A stretch of DNA of 64,000 nucleotides from positions 29,393-93,392 of the forward strand of contig JANPKV010000389.1 of assembly GCA_031426185.1 (NCBI GenBank). Direction: 5' to 3'. This DNA comes from Rhodobacterales bacterium (lineage in GTDB: Bacteria > Pseudomonadota > Alphaproteobacteria > Rhodobacterales > Rhodobacteraceae). Shown here piece by piece: positions 18,307 through 27,084 of the stretch; position 1 is the stretch's first letter, and each line of letters begins with the position of its first letter. The notes under the pieces were generated by a model that saw nothing but the letters and a program-made list of their open reading frames with translations, searched no databases and was not told the origin of the DNA. The translations under genes and the position numbers were made by a program.

Positions 18307-21300
18307 TTCGTAACCTGCTGCGCGCCATGTTTTCAGGCATCGGCATCACGGTGATGGTGGCAGTGATCCTGTCCCTGTGCCTGTGGTTCCTCGGCGGTTT
18401 CCTCGGATTCGGCGACGCCCGTCCCTTTGACAGCGTGCTGGGACGCCTGGTCGGTCTGGCCGTGTTGTGGATCGTGGCATTGCTGGTCGTGCTGGTGATC
18501 CTGTTGACCGCGAAAAATCGCGATCAGGCCCTGGCCGAAGACATCGTCACCGCCGCTGATCCCGTCACCTCGGCCGATGACCAGATCGGCGACGAGCTGG
18601 CCGAGATGCGCAGCAAGCTAAAGACCGCCCTTGGAAAGTTGCGCAAGTCCAAGGGGGGAAGGCGAAATCTCTATGAGCTGCCCTGGTATGTCATCATCGG
18701 GCCGCCGGGGGCGGGCAAGACCACCGCGATCGTCAACTCGGGCCTGCAGTTTCCGCTGGCCGACGAGATGGGGGCAGGGGCAATCGGTGGTGTCGGCGGG
18801 ACGCGCAACTGCGACTGGTGGTTCACCAACAACGCGGTTCTGGTCGATACCGCCGGGCGCTATACGACGCAGGAAAGCGATGCCTCGGCCGACAATTCGG
18901 CCTGGCTCGGATTTCTGGCACTGCTGAAAAAGCACCGTAGCCGGCAGCCCATCAACGGGGCAGTGGTGGCGATCAGCCTGTCGGACCTGTCGATGCAGGA
19001 TGAAACCACGCAGAAGGCGCATGCGGTTGCCGTTCGCCGCCGCCTGCACGAGCTGCGCGAAAAGCTGGGGGTGCGTTTTCCGGTCTATGTGCTTTTCACA
19101 AAGGCTGATCTGCTTGCCGGGTTCACCGAATTTTTCGACGGGCTAGGCAAGGAACAGCGCGAGCAGGTCTGGGGCTTTACCCTGCCACTGCCGAAAGGCC
19201 GCACCGAAGCCTCGGCCGTGTCGGCCTTTGAAGACGAGTTCGGTCAGCTCACGTCGCGGCTGAATACCCTGTCTCTGGAGCGGATCCAGACCGAGACCGA
19301 CCCGCAACGCCGCAGCCTGATCGCCAGCTTTCCCGCGCAGGTCGCATCGGTGCGTCAAGTGGCGCACGACTTCCTGACGGAAGTGTTCCAAGAAAACCGC
19401 TTTGAACACCGCCAGCTTCTGCGGGGCGTCTATCTCACCTCCGGCACCCAGGAGGGCACGCCGATCGACCGGCTGATGATGGGAATGGCGCGGACCTTCG
19501 GGATCGGGCGGCAGGCCATCGGGTCGGGCCGGGGGACGGGGCGCAGCTATTTCCTCACCAACCTGTTTGAAAAGGTGATGTTCCCCGAGGCCGGACTGGT
19601 ATCAGCCGATGACAAGGTGGAGCGCCGCTATCGGTGGACGCAGCGCTTTGCAGTGGCGGCGACCGTGCTGATTGCCATTGGCATGGGGACGTTCTGGGTG
19701 CGCAGTTACCTGGGAAATTCCGCGCTCGCTGATCAGACCGCGTCACAGGTCGCGGCCTTTCAGGCCGAGGCCGCGCTGATCCCCGCGAGCCCGATCAGTG
19801 ACAGCGATCTGTTGCTGGCGGTGCCCGCCCTCGACATCTTGCGCGCCATGCCGGGCGCGGACGGGACCGAAGCCGAACGGCAAGCTGGCCTGGGCTGGGG
19901 CCTTTTTCAGGGCGGGGTGATCGCCAACGAGGCGCGGCTGGCCTATCGGGCTGCGCTCAACCAGCATTTTCTGCCGCGCCTGCTGCTGGGGCAGGAGGAT
20001 CTGATGCAGGCCAGCATCAATGATCCCGATGCGCTGTTCCAGGCGCTGAAGATCTACCTGATGCTTGGCCTGGCGGGCCCGATGGACAAGGCGCTGGTCA
20101 CCGAATTCCTGGCCGCGGAATGGGAACGGTCCTATGGCGGTGCGGCCCGCGAAGACCTGCGGGCGAGCCTGCTGCAGCATCTTGATGCGCTGTTGTCCCA
20201 GCCGATGGAGGCAATCGCGCTGAACAACGATCTGGTGACGCAGGTGCAGGGCATCCTGACCCAGATGCCGCAGTCTCAACGTGTCTATAACGGCATCATC
20301 AACTCGGAACAGGCCAAGGCCCTGCCGCAGTGGCGGTTGACCGATATCGGTGGCCCCGCCATTTCCCGCGCGATCGTGCGGTCATCTGGCAAGCCGTTGA
20401 ACGAGGGGATCGAGGGGATTTTCACTTATGCCGGGTTCCACGACGTGTTTCTGGAAGAGGCGCTGAAAGTCACGACCCAGATCCAGCGCGACAGTTTCGT
20501 TCTGGGCGCGGCGGCAACGGAGCAGTCGGACGCGGCCCTTCTGGCGATAAGCCGTGACGTGCTGGCGCTCTACTTCAACGATTTTGTTGCACGCTATGAC
20601 CAGATGCTGGGGGATATCGACATCATCCCGATGGAATCGCTGGCCCATTCGGTCGAGGTGACGAACGTGTTGTCCGGGCCTGCATCGCCCATCGTCAGCG
20701 TTCTGACAGCCATCGCCGACGAGACCCGTCTAACCGAAAACCGCGAGCCTGCAGCCGACCCAGCAGCCGATCCCGCCGCAGACCCTGCCGCCGATAATGC
20801 AGCCGGGGCGGTTGCCGATGCGACCCTTGCCGTCGTGGGTGCCCGGCTGCGGCGCGGGCTGTCTCCAGAGGCGCGGATTTTCAAGGACGCCCTCGAGGCG
20901 TCATCCGCGTCGGAGTCCGGTGGCGATCCGCGTCCACTGGGGTCCTATGTCGAGGATCGTTTCAAGCCGTTGCACGAGATGGTGCTGCGCACGGACGGCC
21001 AACCGTCGCAACTCGACGGCTTGATCGACGTGTTGGTAGAGGTCAACCAGGAACTGAACAAGCTGAGCTTTGCGGGCGGTGTCGGCAATCCTCAGGGGGA
21101 AAACACGGCGGTGCAGCGGCTGACCGAAACCGCCTCACGCCTGCCCGGCCCGATCCAGCGCTGGGCTGCGCAGATCACCACGGGGTCGTCGGGGATCGCC
21201 GCCGATGGCACCCGGTCGGGCATCAATGCGCGTTGGCAGTCCACCGTTCTGCCGTTCTGCGAACAGGCCACTGCGAATGTCTATCCGTTTGACCGACGCG

Positions 21301-21917
21301 CCAAGGCAGACATCGCCATGGCCGATTTTACCAAACTCTTCGCACCGGCAGGTCTGATCGACACCTTCTTTACCGAGAATCTGGCGAAGTTCGTCGACCA
21401 GCGCAGCCGCCCCTGGACCTTCAAGAAGGTCAACGATGCCGATCTTGGCATCTCTCCGGCGGTGCTGGAACAGATGCAGTTCGCTGCCGAAATTCGCGAT
21501 GCGTTCTTTGCCGGGGGACCTGCCCCACGCGTGCAGTTCCAGATCACGCCCGAGGCGCTTGATCCCAAGGCTGACGGCATCACGCTGGAAATCGACGGTC
21601 AGCCGGTGACGTTCAGGCACAAGGATGGCCAGCCCCGCCCGGGTGCGATCGTCTGGCCAGGGTCCGTGGGCCTGGCGCGGGTGTCGTTCGATCCGTCTTC
21701 GCAGGGCTCGGAAAGCACGCTGTCGCGCGATGGGCCCTGGGCCTGGTATCGCCTGCTTGATGCGGCGGAAATCCGCAAGACCAACGTGTCGGACCGCAGT
21801 CGGCTGATCTTCAACGTAGGGGGGCGGATCGTGATCTTTCAGATGCAGTCGGGGTCGGTCCTGAACCCGTTCAATCTGCCCGCCTTGCAAAAGTTTGCCT
21901 GTCCGAAGTCGTTCTGA
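18303..21917 (+). CDS. tssM: T6SS membrane-complex protein TssM (IcmF)
   Basis: 1204 aa. N-terminal TM segments, Walker A GPPGAGKTT, and a long periplasmic IcmF-type domain. ATGA overlap with tssL. Confidence 0.95.
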   Translation: MIRNLLRAMFSGIGITVMVAVILSLCLWFLGGFLGFGDARPFDSVLGRLVGLAVLWIVALLVVLVILLTAKNRDQALAEDIVTAADPVTSADDQIGDELAEMRSKLKTALGKLRKSKGGRRNLYELPWYVIIGPPGAGKTTAIVNSGLQFPLADEMGAGAIGGVGGTRNCDWWFTNNAVLVDTAGRYTTQESDASADNSAWLGFLALLKKHRSRQPINGAVVAISLSDLSMQDETTQKAHAVAVRRRLHELREKLGVRFPVYVLFTKADLLAGFTEFFDGLGKEQREQVWGFTLPLPKGRTEASAVSAFEDEFGQLTSRLNTLSLERIQTETDPQRRSLIASFPAQVASVRQVAHDFLTEVFQENRFEHRQLLRGVYLTSGTQEGTPIDRLMMGMARTFGIGRQAIGSGRGTGRSYFLTNLFEKVMFPEAGLVSADDKVERRYRWTQRFAVAATVLIAIGMGTFWVRSYLGNSALADQTASQVAAFQAEAALIPASPISDSDLLLAVPALDILRAMPGADGTEAERQAGLGWGLFQGGVIANEARLAYRAALNQHFLPRLLLGQEDLMQASINDPDALFQALKIYLMLGLAGPMDKALVTEFLAAEWERSYGGAAREDLRASLLQHLDALLSQPMEAIALNNDLVTQVQGILTQMPQSQRVYNGIINSEQAKALPQWRLTDIGGPAISRAIVRSSGKPLNEGIEGIFTYAGFHDVFLEEALKVTTQIQRDSFVLGAAATEQSDAALLAISRDVLALYFNDFVARYDQMLGDIDIIPMESLAHSVEVTNVLSGPASPIVSVLTAIADETRLTENREPAADPAADPAADPAADNAAGAVADATLAVVGARLRRGLSPEARIFKDALEASSASESGGDPRPLGSYVEDRFKPLHEMVLRTDGQPSQLDGLIDVLVEVNQELNKLSFAGGVGNPQGENTAVQRLTETASRLPGPIQRWAAQITTGSSGIAADGTRSGINARWQSTVLPFCEQATANVYPFDRRAKADIAMADFTKLFAPAGLIDTFFTENLAKFVDQRSRPWTFKKVNDADLGISPAVLEQMQFAAEIRDAFFAGGPAPRVQFQITPEALDPKADGITLEIDGQPVTFRHKDGQPRPGAIVWPGSVGLARVSFDPSSQGSESTLSRDGPWAWYRLLDAAEIRKTNVSDRSRLIFNVGGRIVIFQMQSGSVLNPFNLPALQKFACPKSF
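20748..20795 (+). repeat. Four imperfect 12-nt tandem units encoding (PAAD)x4 inside tssM
   Basis: cctgcagccgac / ccagcagccgat / cccgccgcagac / cctgccgccgat encode PAADPAADPAADPAAD. Confidence 0.8.
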
Positions 21918-22618
21918 TGGAAAGACGGATGTCCGGATTTGGCGCCTTCGGAAAGATCCCTGCCCTGGGGGACTTCTTCCAGCTTGATCCGCCGCCTGGC
22001 TTTGTCGGTCCTTGGGATCGCTGGCTGCAGGAGGGGTTGCTGGCATCACGGGCCATACTTGCCGAGCGTTGGCAGAACTGCTTTTTGTCAGCGCCGATCT
22101 GGCGGTTTACCCTTGCGGCTGATCTCGCAGGTCCACAGGCGGTGCAAGGCGTGCTGATGGCATCGGTGGACCGTTCGGGTCGGCAGTTTCCGCTGACGCT
22201 GGTGGGCTCGTTGCGCGGAGCGACGCCGCCTGATGTTTTGGCTGCCCATCGGGCCGCGGAACATAGTTTTTCCGATCTGGAAGCCATCGCGCTGGAGGCG
22301 CTGGAGGACAGCATGACCCAGGCAAGCCTTGCAGAGCGGTTGCGGGCCATTCCCGTCGTAGAAGCCCGGCGCGCGCCGCCTGTCACCAAGGCTGCCTCCG
22401 CCATGGCCTTGCGCGGCAGGCATGACCTCGCCGCCGCGCTCTCGGCGCGGTTGGCGGGGGGCGGTTATCCAAGACCGTCGATCTGGACGGCAATGCTGCG
22501 AGAGGGTGAATTGTTGTATGTCCAAGACGGCTTGCCATCACCGTCCCGCATGGCGGATCTCTACGACAGCGATGCGGCCCTCTGGCAAGATGCCCTGACG
22601 GAGGGAGCACTGCCGTGA
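21917..22618 (+). CDS. tagF: T6SS post-translational repressor TagF (ImpM/DUF2094)
   Basis: 233 aa. GFGAFGKIPALGDFF is the TagF signature N-terminus. 1-nt TGATG overlap with tssM. Confidence 0.88.
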   Translation: MERRMSGFGAFGKIPALGDFFQLDPPPGFVGPWDRWLQEGLLASRAILAERWQNCFLSAPIWRFTLAADLAGPQAVQGVLMASVDRSGRQFPLTLVGSLRGATPPDVLAAHRAAEHSFSDLEAIALEALEDSMTQASLAERLRAIPVVEARRAPPVTKAASAMALRGRHDLAAALSARLAGGGYPRPSIWTAMLREGELLYVQDGLPSPSRMADLYDSDAALWQDALTEGALP

Positions 22619-23328
22619 CCCATTCGCGTTACTGCGCCGTGACCCATGTCGGTCGGGTGCGCAGCGTAAACGAGGACAGCATCCTCGCGCTACCGGACCT
22701 GAATATCTGGGCGGTTTCCGACGGGATGGGTGGCCACGCGGCAGGCGATTTCGCCAGCCAGACCGTTATCGAGGCGATTGCCGGTCTGCCGCCCGACCAG
22801 GAGCCGAAGGACCTGATGTCTTCGCTGCGCGCCGCCATCCTGTCCGCCCACCAGACGATCCAGGCAGAGGCCGCCCGCCGTAGCGCCGGGATCGTGGGCG
22901 CAACCGTGGTGACCCTGATGCTGGCGAATGGCCATTTCGTGGCATTTTGGGCGGGCGATAGCCGGCTGTACCGGCTTCGCGACGGCCAGATCGAGATGCT
23001 GACGACGGATCATTCGATGGTGGCCGAACTCGTACTGGCCGGGCTGATCGACTGGGATGAGGCCGAACATCATCCGCAATCCAACGCGATCACCCGCGCC
23101 GTGGGCGTCGGGGACGCATTGGAGATCGACAAGGTGCGCGGCGAGGTTCGGCCCGGTGACCGCTTTCTGCTTTGTTCCGACGGCCTGACGAAATATGCGG
23201 GCTTTCAGGCGATCCGGCAAACGTTGGCAGGCGCGCCGATCGAAACGGTCTGTGACAGCTTGCTGCAGATGGCCCTTCACGGCGGCGGGGCTGACAACAT
23301 TTCGGTGATTGTGGTCGACGCAGTCTGA
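22615..23328 (+). CDS. pppA: PP2C-family Ser/Thr phosphatase PppA
   Basis: 237 aa. VSDGMGGHAAGDFAS, LLCSDGL and GGADNISVIVV are PP2C motifs. GTGA overlap with tagF. Confidence 0.9.
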   Translation: MTHSRYCAVTHVGRVRSVNEDSILALPDLNIWAVSDGMGGHAAGDFASQTVIEAIAGLPPDQEPKDLMSSLRAAILSAHQTIQAEAARRSAGIVGATVVTLMLANGHFVAFWAGDSRLYRLRDGQIEMLTTDHSMVAELVLAGLIDWDEAEHHPQSNAITRAVGVGDALEIDKVRGEVRPGDRFLLCSDGLTKYAGFQAIRQTLAGAPIETVCDSLLQMALHGGGADNISVIVVDAV

Positions 23329-23332
23329 TCGG

Positions 23333-25474
23333 TCAGGGCCGTTGTGTCGTCAGGATCGAACTGTCGAGCGACGTCACCGGCGAGGTGAGCGTTTCAAGTG
23401 CTGCAGCGTAGCCCCAGGCCGATTCAGTCGTTGGGCGCAAGGAGTCAAAGATCGGCTGGGCGGAGTGGAGCACCATCACCCTTGTCTTGCCCAGTGTCGT
23501 CTCATCCACGACAAAAGCAAGTCCGTCTTTCTCCTTTGCCTCGGCGATGCTGTAGGCCACCCGCACCGAGACCGGCCCGCTGCGCCCGTCGCGCAGGGCC
23601 TTCACGCTGTTGTCTGCGCGTTTCAGGTTTGGCAGTAGATGGAACACGTTGCCTGACACATCCAGCGCCGAGACATAGATGTAGCCATCCACCACATTCG
23701 CAGGAATGACCACGTCGATCACCGGGTTTTCGCCGACAACATAAGTTCCACCGGGGTTCGCGTCAGGCCGGTCGCCATAACCGAAAGCGATCTCAAAGCC
23801 GCCTCCCGGTGCCGTGGGAAGGACCGCGTCGAACAGACACAAGGTGGGGTTCAGCACCGCGGTTTCCACGCGCAGTTCCCTTGGACCGATCACTGCGCGC
23901 AATGCATCTTCCAAGGCCACCTGCGTGGCACTGTCCGCAACATGACCCGTCACGAACACGGTGCTGTCGACCGGATATCCGGCAGCGGAGGGCGGCGCGA
24001 GCAGCAGCTCGCCACAGTCTGCCATCTCGATCAGAATGGGCCGCAGCATCGCCGTAGTCAGGAACCGGGGCCCAAGGTCAATCCGGACGGTCCCGTTCAA
24101 CGCCGCGGGCAGGGGCAATTCCATCAGGCGTTGCTGCTCGTCCCGGTTCAGTGTCAGGCCGGTGACTTCGACCGAATTGCCGCTGGAGGCCACACGCCAC
24201 TCCGGCAGTTGGGAAACGGCATCGATCAGTGACAGCACGTCGGGGCCCCAGCTGTCTGCAATATCACCCGTCGCAATCGACAGGTCCGCCGCGCCGCCGA
24301 TGTCGGTCATCTTGCCGGTCAGAGCCTGTTGAATGTCCTCGGACGGAACGACGCCGCTGGCCTGGGCCGGGCTGTCGGCCTTGCGTTCGACGACCAAGAC
24401 AAATGGGTCGGCCACCGGATATTTCGGCCCGAACAGTCCGGCGAAATACGCGCCTCCGCCGCCCAGGGCCGCCGCTGCCACGACCAGCGCTGCAAACAGG
24501 CCGCCGCGCCCAGACCTTGCCGGGGCTGCTGGCACGGGCTTCGACGCGGTCTCGGGCCTTGCCGACGGGGCCGTGCGTGATGGCTGCGTGGTTGAGCGCG
24601 GCACGATGACGGTGCGGTCCGCATCGCCCGAGGCAGCCGGCACATGGCCACGGCGGATCGTCTCCAGCACCGTCGCCGCATTGGGCAAGCGCTTGGCCGG
24701 ATCGGGCTGCGTCATCTGGTCAATCAGAGATTTCAGCGGCTCGGGCACGCCTGACGTGTCAAGCGGCTGCGACTTGCGCGTGACAACCTCCATCGGGTTG
24801 TTGCCCACTTGGGGTGGTTTGCCCCGGAATGTCGCCAACAAAAGCGCCCCGAGCGCATAGATGTCGGCCCGCTCGTCGGTTTTGCCCGCCAACTGTTCCG
24901 GCGCGGCATAGGCATACTTGCCCGCAAATTCGTTGCCCACGATGGTCTCGGCACCAGGATTGGAATCCTTGGCAATGCCAAAATCGATGATGACGGCCTC
25001 GGCCGGATTTCCGTTCCGCAGGATGATGTTGTCGGGAGACAGGTCACGGTGGACAATCTTCTTGGCATGGGCGGCAGCCAGCGCATCGCTGACACGACCC
25101 GCCACGATCATCAGGTCCTCGGCCGACATGCCCCCCGATTTCAGTTTGACGTCCAGCCCCGGACCCTCGACGTAGTCCATGATCAGATAGACCGTCCCGT
25201 CATCGGTGCGCTGGTTGTCGAAATACCGGACGATCCCGTCATGCCGGATTTCTCGGATGTCCTCCTCGCGCCGCATGAGCGAGAGATAATCCTCGTTGCG
25301 CGAAAACTCCGACCGCAACGCCTTGAGCGCCACGACCCGCCCCGAGATTTCGCTGCGGGCGCGATACACCTCTGACGTGCCGCCGCGACCGAGGGCGGCC
25401 TCGATGCGGTAGGTGTTGTTCAGAACATCGCCCGGCTGAAAGATCGGATCATGCAGGGAAGGGGACCCGCTCAT
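23333..25474 (-). CDS. ppkA: Transmembrane Hanks-type Ser/Thr kinase PpkA with an atypical periplasmic domain
   Basis: 713 aa. Kinase motifs VALKAL, HRDLSPDNIIL, DFGIAK, YAAPEQ. Pro-rich linker, then one TM segment (GGLFAALVVAAAALGGGGAYFAGLF). The ~350-aa periplasmic region ends in a DUF4384-like block (DGYIYVSALDVSGNVFHLLPN). Convergent with pppA, with 4 nt between the stops. Confidence 0.9.
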   Translation of the reverse strand: MSGSPSLHDPIFQPGDVLNNTYRIEAALGRGGTSEVYRARSEISGRVVALKALRSEFSRNEDYLSLMRREEDIREIRHDGIVRYFDNQRTDDGTVYLIMDYVEGPGLDVKLKSGGMSAEDLMIVAGRVSDALAAAHAKKIVHRDLSPDNIILRNGNPAEAVIIDFGIAKDSNPGAETIVGNEFAGKYAYAAPEQLAGKTDERADIYALGALLLATFRGKPPQVGNNPMEVVTRKSQPLDTSGVPEPLKSLIDQMTQPDPAKRLPNAATVLETIRRGHVPAASGDADRTVIVPRSTTQPSRTAPSARPETASKPVPAAPARSGRGGLFAALVVAAAALGGGGAYFAGLFGPKYPVADPFVLVVERKADSPAQASGVVPSEDIQQALTGKMTDIGGAADLSIATGDIADSWGPDVLSLIDAVSQLPEWRVASSGNSVEVTGLTLNRDEQQRLMELPLPAALNGTVRIDLGPRFLTTAMLRPILIEMADCGELLLAPPSAAGYPVDSTVFVTGHVADSATQVALEDALRAVIGPRELRVETAVLNPTLCLFDAVLPTAPGGGFEIAFGYGDRPDANPGGTYVVGENPVIDVVIPANVVDGYIYVSALDVSGNVFHLLPNLKRADNSVKALRDGRSGPVSVRVAYSIAEAKEKDGLAFVVDETTLGKTRVMVLHSAQPIFDSLRPTTESAWGYAAALETLTSPVTSLDSSILTTQRP

Positions 25475-25520
25475 GCTGAGGGTTCCATGCTGGCGGCTTC
25501 ATGACGGGCGTTCATGCGGG

Positions 25521-26066
25521 TCAGCTGAGCGCCTGAAACTCGACCCGCCGATTTACATCCGCGCGGGGATTGGCTGCGTCAAACGGATACCGGGCGCCCA
25601 CACCCACCGCTTCCATCTTTTCTGCCGGTATTCCACAATCGGTTTCAAGGTGACGCTTCACCTCTTCGGCGCGCAGTTTCGACAAGGATTCGTTGTAGCT
25701 GTCGGATCCCGAGCTGTCGGTATGCCCGACGATGCGGAACATCTGCACGTCCGTCGTTTTCATGACATTGCACAGCGCCACCAGCAAAGGCTTCTGGTCC
25801 GGACGCAGTGCGGAACTGTCGAAATCGAAACTGATGTTGATGTTCACCTGCTCGTCCACCGGCAATTCGGCGATCACGACCTGTGCGGTGGGCGCGGCAA
25901 CCGGTTCGGTCGTCGGCACGATCGCCAGGCCGCGCGTTTTCTGCTTGGCGAACGCGGCGGCAATCTCTGCCTCCGTCATCCCCTCAGTGGTCTGGGCCGA
26001 CACCGGCGCAATAGTTTGAACAACTATGATGGCGATGGCAGAAAGCCACAGATCAATTCGTTTCAT
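25521..26066 (-). CDS. Periplasmic OmpA/MotB-like peptidoglycan-binding protein, apparently co-transcribed with ppkA
   Basis: 181 aa. Signal peptide (…APVSA-QT) with no lipobox. OmpA_C motifs are present (FDFDSSAL, IVGHTDSSGSDSYNESLSKLRAEEV, NRRVEF). Lies 46 nt upstream of ppkA. Confidence 0.85.
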   Translation of the reverse strand: MKRIDLWLSAIAIIVVQTIAPVSAQTTEGMTEAEIAAAFAKQKTRGLAIVPTTEPVAAPTAQVVIAELPVDEQVNINISFDFDSSALRPDQKPLLVALCNVMKTTDVQMFRIVGHTDSSGSDSYNESLSKLRAEEVKRHLETDCGIPAEKMEAVGVGARYPFDAANPRADVNRRVEFQALS

Positions 26067-26223
26067 TGTAGGCTTTCACTTTCCTGGCTTAATTTCCATG
26101 ACAACCAAGGTACACCGAATTGCGCATCTCTGCCAGCATCTTTGGCGCCTCTCGTGTTGACTCGATGCATGGGTTCGCGCACCTTTTCCGTTGAGTTTCC
26201 TAGCACAGGCCAAGCTTTGTCAG

Positions 26224-27084
26224 ATGCGCAGTGTGCGATTGATCATCATTGCCATCATTGCGCTGACCATTCCGCTGGTATGGCTGGTCGTGCAAAGTCT
26301 GCTCCCCGAAGGCGGCATCACCGACGCGGGCAGCGGGTCGGGCATCGACAGCGGCGCCAGGATCGAGATCGAGGTCCTGCGCCAGCAGGTGGAGGGGCTG
26401 CAGGAACAGATTGTCGCGCTGGAACAGGAGGTCGCCGCGATCGGATCAGGCAGCGCGTCCTATGACGTTGTGGTGCCGGATGTTACGGACGGCGCCGCCG
26501 GGGCTCCCGCCTTCAACGACGGAGAAAACGCGATCGGGGATGCCTATGCCCAGGTGGTTCTGATCGCGAACCGCCGCACCGTGAACAAGTCCATCTCGGT
26601 GGCCTCGCCCAGCTTTCTGGAAGGTTTTCTCGGCCGCCCGCGCGAGGTTCTCAGCGACGACTGCGAGCCGATGACCAATCCCAAGCTGAAGGAACTGCTG
26701 ATCGTCGAGCAGGTCGGTCCGATCAAGGTGCAGATGCTGCGCCCGGCGCTCGACAGCATGAAACGGGTGTTCGAAAAGGTAGAGGCGGCTGACCCTGACC
26801 TTTACGCCCGCATCAGCACCGCAGGCTCGTTATGCGTGCGCCGCATCCGCGGCACGACGGACCGCACCTCCACGCATTCGTTTGGCCTGGCGGTGGATCT
26901 GAACATCGACGGCCAGCTTGATACCTTTACCGACGGCAAGACGCAGTTGGGACTAACGATCCTTGCGGACTTTTTCATGGCAGAAGGCTGGATCTGGGGA
27001 GCAGGTTTCGGGCGCGAGGATTCCATGCATTTCGAGGTCAGCCGTCAACAACTCGAGGCGTGGCGCGCGGAAGGGAAGATCTGA
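26224..27084 (+). CDS. Membrane-anchored M15/LAS-family peptidoglycan peptidase (VanY/TagX-like)
   Basis: ATG at 26224 gives MRSVRLIIIAIIALTIPLVWLVV (N-terminal TM segment). A heptad-like stretch follows (IEVLRQQVEGLQEQIVALEQEV). The C-terminus has LAS motifs STHSFGLAVDL and EDSMHFE. Confidence 0.8.
   Translation: MRSVRLIIIAIIALTIPLVWLVVQSLLPEGGITDAGSGSGIDSGARIEIEVLRQQVEGLQEQIVALEQEVAAIGSGSASYDVVVPDVTDGAAGAPAFNDGENAIGDAYAQVVLIANRRTVNKSISVASPSFLEGFLGRPREVLSDDCEPMTNPKLKELLIVEQVGPIKVQMLRPALDSMKRVFEKVEAADPDLYARISTAGSLCVRRIRGTTDRTSTHSFGLAVDLNIDGQLDTFTDGKTQLGLTILADFFMAEGWIWGAGFGREDSMHFEVSRQQLEAWRAEGKI

Noticed and set aside
1-26066. Candidates for the missing TssJ: the truncated secreted protein at 1-114 and the OmpA-like protein at 25521-26066
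   Set aside because: Both have Sec signal peptides, but neither has a lipobox cysteine. The second is clearly an OmpA_C-domain protein rather than a small transthyretin-fold lipoprotein.
26224-27084. The M15 peptidase as a secreted T6SS toxin
   Set aside because: It begins with a strong hydrophobic TM anchor, which is inconsistent with loading into Hcp, VgrG or PAAR. No adjacent immunity-like gene is present. I kept it as a TagX-like self-acting enzyme, but this remains an inference.
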